Part shown: positions 16,301-21,756 of the stretch, in pieces
How the letters are laid out: every line of letters begins with the position of its first letter
Numbering within the stretch: the first letter of the stretch is position 1
Source of the DNA: a virus
Taxonomy: Duplodnaviria > Caudoviricetes
Direction: 5' to 3' (one strand)
IMG/VR virus record: IMGVR_UViG_3300037991_004325
Coordinates: 1 to 27,376 of that record
Length of the DNA stretch: 27,376 nt
Notes under the pieces: generated by a model
The model's input: the letters and a program-made list of their open reading frames with translations, nothing else
Database searches by the model: none
Told to the model about the DNA's origin: nothing
Program-made: the position numbers and the translations under genes

Positions 16301-19014
16301 AGCGGGCCGCCCGGCGTGCATGCATAAGCGCATAGCCCCTTTACATAAGGCTTTTGCTCGCGCATTGTTCTCATTTGATCCAATATCGCCTGCACTGCGT
16401 TTTGTGGCGCATTTGTTGCTAGTGCTAGCTTTAGATCTTGTTCTAAGAGTTGATACTTTTCTTGCTCACGATCGTTAAATGGTTCTCTTCGCCTTTCGCC
16501 ATCTTCATCTTTATTGTCACATACTTTGGAGCCAGGGCAGTCTTCATCAAAATCACATTCACCACAAACATTACCTACAAGGCACGATCCGCACGCCTCT
16601 TCCTCGCAATCTAAATCACTATCACAAACAAACGGTTTACAGTAACCATTTTGATCGCAGAATTCATAACACTCACAGCCCTTGTGTCCACCCTCTGAAG
16701 TTGTTCCTTTGTTTACTTGAGCACATATCCCATCACTATTGCAGAATCCTGAGTCACCAAGTATAGCCACGCAAACTTCATTGCTATCGCACTTAAGTTC
16801 GCATGAATTGTTTACACAAATCTCATCTTCCCCACATTGACTATCAAAGCGACATCCAAAGGTGCAAGTATGGTTTTTGCATATCTCCCCTGATTCACAT
16901 CCATCGTCATTGTCACATGTTGTTGGTGGTATTGAGCAACTTTCATCGACGCATGTTTCGCCCGCCTCGCAGTCAGCATCTGAATTGCAATAAGCCGTAC
17001 AAAGTCCAACCTCACTAAAGCATTCTTCATCTGGATAAAATTCACATGGAGCAATAACGCCATTTGGTGCTTGCACATAATTTTTGCTACAGCGCATCAA
17101 TGTGTTGCTTCCTGGCTCAATCAATGAGCTGCAATCTGCGTCTTGGAAACAACCCTCTAAACAATATTGCTCATCGCCGCAATACTGGCCAGGGGAACAG
17201 TCGGCCGTCGATATGCACGGCACCAATGGATCGCAGATAAATCCACAGCAGCCACCCTCTAGGCACAGTTGATTGCCCTGCTCTGTTGCGCAGTCAAGAT
17301 CATTGCTGCATTTTTTGCTGCATCTTCCATCAGCATTACAGCAGGCTCCATCGGGGCATGGGTTGTCATCGCTGCAGCCCTCGATGCAGACTCCATCCTC
17401 ACAAATACTGCAAGACGGGCACTGCTCATCAACCTTGCAAATAACAACTTCACATGTTCCAAATTGATTACATGTATCACCGCAATCGCATCCAATCCGA
17501 CTGTCAGCTGGCTCCGTTGGATCTGCCTGTTTATGCATGCAGAATCCTTCTACACACAAATCTCCATCGCTACATTGAGACGATGTTGAACAGGTCTGCT
17601 CACATCTATGGTCAATGCATGTATCCTTTAGGTTTGATTTAATGCATGCCTCATCATCAGGGCATGCAGCTATGCATTGTGGGTCTCTTGGGCATAGTTC
17701 AATCCAATTTGGATTAAAACATCCGTCACCAGTACAAGTGCAATTCCCTATCGGTGGGCACTCATTAACGCATGCAGCATCTTTCGAGCATGCCCGCGTG
17801 CAATCATTGTTCGTTTCACAACCACCCGCGCATCTCCCGTCTTCATTGCAATACTCACCATCACTGCAATCTGATGATGTTACACATATTTGTCCCGCGC
17901 TTTCACATTTCCCATTCTCGCAACTTTCGTCTACGGAGCAATCTGCTGTTTCAGTACATGCTTTATAGCACGTTCTACTTTCTGGATCACATACGGCTTG
18001 CCTATTATATTCATCAACCCTTTGTCTTAAATCAGCAATATCATTTGTCAGTTGTTCAATTCTATCTATGCTTTGCTGTAATTCTAATTCTGTCGCAGCT
18101 ACGTCCTGTGCTGTTGTTGAACCATTTGTTAGACCAGCTTGATATTGTCTAAGATCGTTTTCAATAATAGCTCTGTTTTCCGCTTCGGCTCGTACATCTT
18201 CGAGCATGCTTAAAATGTCGAGCTCCCCTTGTTCGTCTCTGCATTGCCCGAACCTGCACCCTTCTATGCATTGATATTGAGCACCCTCTGGATCACTGTT
18301 TACAAAATATTCTCGTTCTCCGCAATATTCGCGATCGAAACAATCGCTATCTGTTAAGCAATATCTTACAGGATCGCATGGATATACGCATTCACAATTT
18401 TCACACAATGTGTTGGCTTGTGCATCACCTGCAGCGTTTTGACTCCGTGGATTGCAGTCGCTGTCTTCTTTGCAACCATCGGTGCAAAATCCTGACCTTA
18501 GATCGCAAACTTGGCATTCTCCGCAGTCACTATTAACCGTACATGTCAGAGAACAATCACCATCTATGCACTCATAGTGCTGTCGATCATTAGGTGGGCA
18601 AGGGCACTCCCAGGTGGCGCCGCATGGTCTGTTTTCATCTCTTGGCACGCAGGTATTATTTTCGCACCAATCGCATGGATCGCATTCATACCATCCATAG
18701 CAAACATCATTAAATAAACAATCTGTCCCATTTGCGCATTTTATTTTTTCGGATAGCTCAGATCCTGGCTGTCCCGTATCCCAAGTTTCTGCCCATACAA
18801 CTTCACCTGTTTCTGGATCAAAATTTCCAGCAAGGTTTGTCCCCTCTGCAATGGAGACTGCACCCATCTGTGTATATTTCTTTCCGCTTGCAGTTCTCTT
18901 GTCTGCGTTTGAATAAATGCCTCTTGCCTGAGAACTTGCCCGCTGCTCTTCCTCAAGCTCGCGGGATGCCGCAGCCTGAAGCTCTATAGCTCTTAGCAGC
19001 TCATCTGAGGCCAA
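10354..19014 (-). CDS. Giant cysteine-rich repeat / coiled-coil protein (2886 aa), probably tail-associated
   Basis: Uninterrupted 8.66-kb ORF with a TTG start. Dozens of C-x4-[DEQ]C-x2-G-x2-C-x2-G-x-C modules, acidic composition, heptad-rich Cys-free inserts and a long C-terminal coiled coil. No N-terminal hydrophobic signal peptide or TM segment visible. Function is inferred from position only. Confidence 0.9.
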   Translation of the reverse strand: MASDELLRAIELQAAASRELEEEQRASSQARGIYSNADKRTASGKKYTQMGAVSIAEGTNLAGNFDPETGEVVWAETWDTGQPGSELSEKIKCANGTDCLFNDVCYGWYECDPCDWCENNTCVPRDENRPCGATWECPCPPNDRQHYECIDGDCSLTCTVNSDCGECQVCDLRSGFCTDGCKEDSDCNPRSQNAAGDAQANTLCENCECVYPCDPVRYCLTDSDCFDREYCGEREYFVNSDPEGAQYQCIEGCRFGQCRDEQGELDILSMLEDVRAEAENRAIIENDLRQYQAGLTNGSTTAQDVAATELELQQSIDRIEQLTNDIADLRQRVDEYNRQAVCDPESRTCYKACTETADCSVDESCENGKCESAGQICVTSSDCSDGEYCNEDGRCAGGCETNNDCTRACSKDAACVNECPPIGNCTCTGDGCFNPNWIELCPRDPQCIAACPDDEACIKSNLKDTCIDHRCEQTCSTSSQCSDGDLCVEGFCMHKQADPTEPADSRIGCDCGDTCNQFGTCEVVICKVDEQCPSCSICEDGVCIEGCSDDNPCPDGACCNADGRCSKKCSNDLDCATEQGNQLCLEGGCCGFICDPLVPCISTADCSPGQYCGDEQYCLEGCFQDADCSSLIEPGSNTLMRCSKNYVQAPNGVIAPCEFYPDEECFSEVGLCTAYCNSDADCEAGETCVDESCSIPPTTCDNDDGCESGEICKNHTCTFGCRFDSQCGEDEICVNNSCELKCDSNEVCVAILGDSGFCNSDGICAQVNKGTTSEGGHKGCECYEFCDQNGYCKPFVCDSDLDCEEEACGSCLVGNVCGECDFDEDCPGSKVCDNKDEDGERRREPFNDREQEKYQLLEQDLKLALATNAPQNAVQAILDQMRTMREQKPYVKGLCAYACTPGGPLSCIGSQDCDEGFYCEAGQCTRGCKENSDCNPSQVCKSEQCVDKCNENIVVCAGDNDCAFNETCRDGKCTSCPEYHQCIEGGCQFVGATCDPENDRVKEIEDIIFGIKVKSVPDANDQARLDEMNYKKAVIEQEEQSPERDQKIQHLQAQIDHILSLYPPLTAEEQAQVDYYEEQLIEAKNRDCPAGQECNTDTCEPKPIECLADFECTYPEVCAPMGRDGALICYEEPTDESYAAFDPAVIGCESCADFCAPGGVCKPMPCNTTQDCNCGFCGGSGVCIETCQTDFDCGGGRCKKGECIECITNSDCVRQFGEGTLCNEGKCDTPCYTGLSTGDCFTGLLDGDTCHSCPEQCPTGAPCRKVDEVCNVEQVYDVLQERMKVHITNCEVCRNSCITSSDCEDGTVCGGFGYCRQTDGRCTYDSDCAEQALQDGKEYQCSNNTCIEVGVTCFTNSDCDEGEVCDEGKCTEGECGSADTCQQGKTCIHNQCVWQCGAGSDVFLCGDEGNCPPGFYCSAEDTIGGYCLRAGVTLSTVAEPECATGEFCCDGGCIRKGYGENECCNDGHCGGNKKCCDGVCKFRCEEKTSTTAGSTDNAGKQEQDNCEAKNKCCGDDGYCQPCGCDEKNPCKKTGQCCDRDTGQCISVEEHPNTKYGSPDGCTIDRVFCELYDSEENQIIPEELGDERHYRACEVIDAVTGELRCVEGGEKLPFQIDNLLKDACFVSETKECKCDDIPETDECVNDDDCGPCADCYEKTYRSDACCGIYGEGEITSSTGYGIPTGVDYITRKICKEHPWKESPEECGCRSDDDCTECEYCDGGSLNKLGKCKEDCEAKCPCGGSLSEGKECPTCQKRHGPCAIEGSFESGEEYIDPITGELVLPPTQCACILDRTKDCCQGFNSIADLKNQKLKCLQSTTALADGTLAYNRTEKCLDYKKDICAQCETDAQCPGNQKCKNYTCITECGSEDSNPGRIGAADGQDLGEIGGNPYFCYCCSKQGDCRSKYETWIESKGKAKGPWEITYYLNEDPNTIRDYYSSQENYDNAVREVKNAWPSSTLTIVSADGEEQSGDCRPCTCTETGIQCGAWADCESCFKWEKQGPGIDVGPSAEVMRVEQKIRQTQDSLDNFEDNYQERLINLQNASAAYESAIVQQTINNGYNQNVSNQLEQLRESYNEEIKETDEELYEATEKVKVLEKKIELALFNEKHLDLENLEQQLTQSETERDALQERSDELDELLDQNEEDINELLEDLPNDAQLQLDVKYRQLEHSRYMVRQSRRYIQQQEQLLRDLQNDLAKVQNPDSVYYEQVRVCGCCMGGTCRDDSECTYGTCYMCVTEYDNTPGKAYNAQLYGKVLKNIISPDSPDRTGEEEMNGKFRWDYQHEKDTCVKYDCSQSLYYEDRPGVAYQNRYWEYCIGGLMACINEYWEGKQYRQGWVYEVDLSESGTYFTTDYQNWVKIGRYPGQKWPQRAECLHDNDAAGALGFNTMVTFEDLVAGHPICNKAELVYGCTPGNEGCGAVFDTYFEAGSQDLVILKMVREIEELNALIAWLEGYVEFVEKFIEDQEKEIENLETLLEQLESQIDIAIQVRNNAMNEVLRLENLFKQTDGSQSGIDSDIEAKQEAFDAADEKLTELQQTQADKESQIEQQELINDTAKNNLLSAQSAANTLYLSVSRLQVEITELKVIISETDPLSSEYVILENELANKEADLSVAQEDYLGVVSDMLVYEEEVKLGERRIEINSCDLPEGYTQSQYEREGYGECISFNKQLENAITDVDEQRPVWTQAELALREAKSVKGSWVDDRESIFSDMQNAKNSLENAEAQLQSLNERAGLLVWNPDKCKEGYAPAEDSFGNKICCKVNENGEMNCGLLNRISRGDHERECKNICEQIEQIREVIYNAEGQKQELETLKANTEDERDAKQEEVDELIEKDENSTPPYATGPVKRPQGTKDAKELMEELRENIELNEYLDDKDTWPPGRA
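13030..18738 (-). repeat. Tandem Cys-rich protein modules of about 20-30 aa
   Basis: Examples: CTETADCSVDESCENGKC, CVTSSDCSDGEYCNEDGRC, CSTSSQCSDGDLCVEGFC, CDNDDGCESGEICKNHTC, CFTNSDCDEGEVCDEGKC, CETDAQCPGNQKCKNYTC. Hand count gives 29 Cys in the first ~166 aa of the array. Confidence 0.92.
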
Positions 19015-19017
19015 TGG

Positions 19018-19245
19018 TTAGCTCTCAACCTCATACCACTTCGATAGATCCTCAGAGCCTACAAACAGCCTGCATTTGTTAGCAGTTGACGGAACGGCCA
19101 CAATCTGCCCCGGAAAAAGCGGCACATTGTTAGGGGGCGCGTCTAGATTAGGATATTTTGTCCGCCAACTAATTGCAGTATCTGTTGCAAATCGATGTGG
19201 CGAGGTATTTTTGATCTGTGGCTTATCAAACACCTTTAACCACAC
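19018..19245 (-). CDS. Small hypothetical protein, possible fibre adaptor (75 aa)
   Basis: Fills the gap in the operon and has a GTG start after the intergenic motif. PLFPGQIVAV...RLFVG...KWYEV loosely resembles the Mtd_N-like l-x-x-G-E-l...k-l-y pattern. Confidence 0.7.
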   Translation of the reverse strand: MWLKVFDKPQIKNTSPHRFATDTAISWRTKYPNLDAPPNNVPLFPGQIVAVPSTANKCRLFVGSEDLSKWYEVES

Positions 19246-19255
19246 GGCTGCGCGT

Positions 19256-19265
19256 GTAGGCTTCC
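19256..19265 (-). promoter_or_regulatory. Conserved intergenic motif GGAAGCCTAC (candidate late promoter)
   Basis: 2 nt after the stop at 19268 and 10 nt before GTG 19245; would drive the 75-aa gene and the giant Cys-rich gene. Confidence 0.6.
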
Positions 19266-19267
19266 AA

Positions 19268-19543
19268 TCAAGCCCAGTTTACAAAGTAACCTTGGCTTGT
19301 TCTTCTAAGGTTTACTTTTGCTCCAAATTGTTTGCATTTTCTTGCTAAAACAATACATTCATACGTTCGTCCTTTGTACTCTACAAGCCCTTTTCCGGCT
19401 CTGTTATATCCATGCCAATATCCAGTCACGTCAACCCTTTCCCTTTCCTCTGTGATTTCGTTTCTAAGTTTTATTAGCGTATCTGTCCGTGCTAAATCTT
19501 GCACTAACCCTAATTCGGTTTCAAGTTCGCGGAATGTAGACAT
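19268..19543 (-). CDS. Small hypothetical protein, helix plus small beta-barrel (91 aa)
   Basis: TAATG overlap with the upstream gene. An amphipathic N-terminal helix is followed by GYWHGY...GLVEYKGRTY...GAKVNLR (OB-like pattern, tentative). Confidence 0.75.
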   Translation of the reverse strand: MSTFRELETELGLVQDLARTDTLIKLRNEITEERERVDVTGYWHGYNRAGKGLVEYKGRTYECIVLARKCKQFGAKVNLRRTSQGYFVNWA

Positions 19544-19980
19544 TAAGCCGCAATAAATACACCAAACAAAGTAAAGTCAAAATAAAATATAGCAGCTTGC
19601 CCATCTGACAATGTTGCTCTACCAGCCAGCTTGACAGTGCAAACTACGTTCTGTTCGTCAGGGCTTAAAAGCACTACATGGCTAAACCTGAACGACTGAG
19701 CCGGTTGATTGTTGTGGACAAACGTAGCTGCTTTTCTTGCAAACGGAACCGACCCCTCATCGTATAGGCCTATGTCTGCAGTGGTAAATCCAATTTGCTG
19801 TCGCGTATATCCGCCCAGGCCGCTTGTAACTTCATTGGCAATCACTGTCGCCAACGGATCGTCAGCGTCAAACGTAGACCCTGGAGCGTCTACCAGCGCG
19901 ACCTTGAATGATTGGTTGACGTAAGACTCTGTTGCGATCCTTTGAAGTTCGCTTGCTCCTACTCTTGCGGCTATAGGCAT
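19543..19980 (-). CDS. Putative tail structural/fibre-attachment protein (145 aa)
   Basis: The pattern FKVALV...EVTSGLGGYTRQ...ATF...HVVL...TLSDGQ...F is typical of small phage tail beta-sandwich proteins. ATG follows AAGATAGGTC. Confidence 0.75.
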   Translation of the reverse strand: MPIAARVGASELQRIATESYVNQSFKVALVDAPGSTFDADDPLATVIANEVTSGLGGYTRQQIGFTTADIGLYDEGSVPFARKAATFVHNNQPAQSFRFSHVVLLSPDEQNVVCTVKLAGRATLSDGQAAIFYFDFTLFGVFIAA

Positions 19981-19989
19981 GACCTATCT

Positions 19990-20328
19990 TTAACCTGTAA
20001 CAGCAATTGACCCGCCGTAATCCGCTTGTCCCACGGCGTAATAATACAAAGTATTAGGCGCTCCTACCGCTACCTCGATTTGAATAAATCGGCTTGTGGC
20101 AGAAGAAAAACCAGACAGATATGAGGTTCTGTTGACCTCAATATTATTCAGCCAATAGCTTACGCCTGTGCTATACGCTGATCCACCATCATTCTCGCCA
20201 TCATCAGTTTCTGACAGGCTAAGAGGTGCTGTGCTGTTGCTGCTGTTGTTTTGATCAAAGCGGTAGATATTACCGCGTGTCATAGCCAGAGAGGCCTGAG
20301 CTACGTTGTCAATATAGAAAACGGCCAT
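19990..20328 (-). CDS. Stand-alone cupredoxin-like virion domain lacking copper ligands (112 aa)
   Basis: RGNIYRFDQ.NSSN..APL.LS.T.DG...GGS.YSTGV...APNTLYYYAVGQADYGGSI matches a pattern I recognise from aquatic phage virion proteins (usually HP...LYYYC-x2-H-x2-MGG), but with A, A, Q and Y at the ligand positions. Confidence 0.75.
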   Translation of the reverse strand: MAVFYIDNVAQASLAMTRGNIYRFDQNNSSNSTAPLSLSETDDGENDGGSAYSTGVSYWLNNIEVNRTSYLSGFSSATSRFIQIEVAVGAPNTLYYYAVGQADYGGSIAVTG

Positions 20329-20355
20329 TAGCGGCCCCTAAGGCATTCGACTGCG

Positions 20356-20365
20356 TTATGTTTCC
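20356..20365 (-). promoter_or_regulatory. Conserved intergenic motif GGAAACATAA (candidate late promoter)
   Basis: 2 nt after the stop at 20368 and 27 nt before ATG 20328. Confidence 0.55.
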
Positions 20366-20367
20366 GA

Positions 20368-21756
20368 TCAGGTAACTGTAATGGATCCTCTCATTGATGA
20401 ATGATATTGGCAATTATAGTAATACGTTCCAGCTTGACTAAACCTTACTTTAACTTGTCCGCTTTGGGTTCCATTATTATCTAGCTGCATGGCCCAGGTC
20501 GGCAGTGTGCTCGAAGCGCAGCCGCCAGTCGTTGCGGTGCTACAAATCCAGAACGGGTGAGAGTAAGCGTTGACATTGAAAGTCATTAGTTGCCCAACCG
20601 TTGCCGTCAGACTTGGATTGTCTGTGAAGTATTGATCAGGCCCATAGAAGCGATATGCGCCTGGCTGGTTTGTCACCGTATAAGCAACTGGCGCGTCATA
20701 GACTTCTACGTCAAAGATTTCTAAAACCTCAACGTCAAATGTCTGATCTGCCGCCACTGGACCTGTTGTCACGGTGAACGTTTGATAGCTCGGCGGTGCG
20801 CTCACTGATACATCGAAGATTGCGTTAGGCGTCTCAGGTCCAACGGTCACAACAAACGGCGCTGGCCCTGCTGTGACTGTGAATACCTCATCGACTAGCA
20901 GAACGTTGAATGTCTGGTTTGGTACTGACGGCCCAACGATGACAGTGAATACCTGATCGGCACTAGGCAAAGGTGGCGCATCAGGTCCGCCAATGCTTAC
21001 ATCAAAGATTTGATCTGGTGTGTCTGGCGGATTTGGCCCAACCGTCACCACGTAGGTTTGATCTGGCTGTTCAATCTCTGCTGTCACCTCGTAGGTGGTA
21101 ATGACCTTGACCTCGTAGACAGTATCGGCTTGTCCCGCCTCCCTCGTAACAGTAAAGATCTGATCGGGAGTTTCTGGCCCAACTAATACCTCAAGAATTT
21201 GATCAGCCGGCTTGGCAAATACTGAAACGATAAATGGTGGCTCAGCTGTTACTACGTCATGAAGCGTAATGGCTTTTACATCAAAGATTTGATCAGGTGG
21301 GACCGGGCCAACCTCTGTTGCGAATGTTTGATCAGGCGCGGGGGCCAGTGACAGCACGGTAAAGACTTGATTTGCAGCCGGCGCCCCAGTCGTTACCTGA
21401 AAAACATAATCAGGATTAGGTATTGAAGTCGAATCAAATAAATCGGCGTTAATTACAAATTCAGTGCTTTGAAGCAAGGAATCAGCCGAGTCTAATGGAG
21501 TTCCATATACATCCAACCCTAAAATATTTGCTTCACCGCTTACCTTTTCACCTGATATTTCTATCTGTATATTTGGCTCGAATGTATTGATCAATGTATC
21601 ATCCCACCAGTCCGTAACGCCTAGCCCATCGTCTCCATTTCCAGTCCTAACGGTTATCCTCAACCTTGGCTCATTTGCAAAATATTGCTCTACATCCCAG
21701 ACCCTTCCGGTCGTAATCTTTGTTTCGTTGCTTATCGACGGCGGGTTGTAAGTCAT
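20368..21756 (-). CDS. Repeat-stalk protein with C-terminal blue-copper (cupredoxin) domain (462 aa)
   Basis: Central PDQ-x-F-x-V-x-v-G-P repeats. C-terminal ~100 aa reads NPSLTATVGQLMTFNV...HPFWI...F..AGTYYYNCQYHSSMRGSITV, with His, Cys, His and Met in type-1 Cu arrangement. TAATG overlap with the hub gene. Confidence 0.85.
   Translation of the reverse strand: MTYNPPSISNETKITTGRVWDVEQYFANEPRLRITVRTGNGDDGLGVTDWWDDTLINTFEPNIQIEISGEKVSGEANILGLDVYGTPLDSADSLLQSTEFVINADLFDSTSIPNPDYVFQVTTGAPAANQVFTVLSLAPAPDQTFATEVGPVPPDQIFDVKAITLHDVVTAEPPFIVSVFAKPADQILEVLVGPETPDQIFTVTREAGQADTVYEVKVITTYEVTAEIEQPDQTYVVTVGPNPPDTPDQIFDVSIGGPDAPPLPSADQVFTVIVGPSVPNQTFNVLLVDEVFTVTAGPAPFVVTVGPETPNAIFDVSVSAPPSYQTFTVTTGPVAADQTFDVEVLEIFDVEVYDAPVAYTVTNQPGAYRFYGPDQYFTDNPSLTATVGQLMTFNVNAYSHPFWICSTATTGGCASSTLPTWAMQLDNNGTQSGQVKVRFSQAGTYYYNCQYHSSMRGSITVT
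20680..21417 (-). repeat. Tandem ~7-14 aa repeats, consensus (P/A)DQ-x-F-x-V-x-(V/T)-G-P
   Basis: Examples: PDQTFATEVGP, PDQIFDVKA, ADQILEVLVGP, PDQIFTVT, PDQTYVVTVGP, PDQIFDVSIGGP, ADQVFTVIVGP, PNQTFNVL, ADQTFDVEV. About 20 units including short ones. The DNA string catcaaagatttgatc recurs near 21000 and 21279. Confidence 0.88.

Noticed and set aside
10354-19014. Eukaryotic contamination or a true EGF/fibrillin/tenascin gene
   Set aside because: Intron-free, no signal peptide, co-oriented and tightly packed with phage genes, flanked by the same intergenic motif, and no obvious composition break at its borders. Read-level confirmation is still desirable.
20368-20680. Plastocyanin (petE) auxiliary metabolic gene
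   Set aside because: No signal peptide, a shorter C-x2-H-x2-M loop than plastocyanin, and it is fused to a repeat stalk inside the tail operon.
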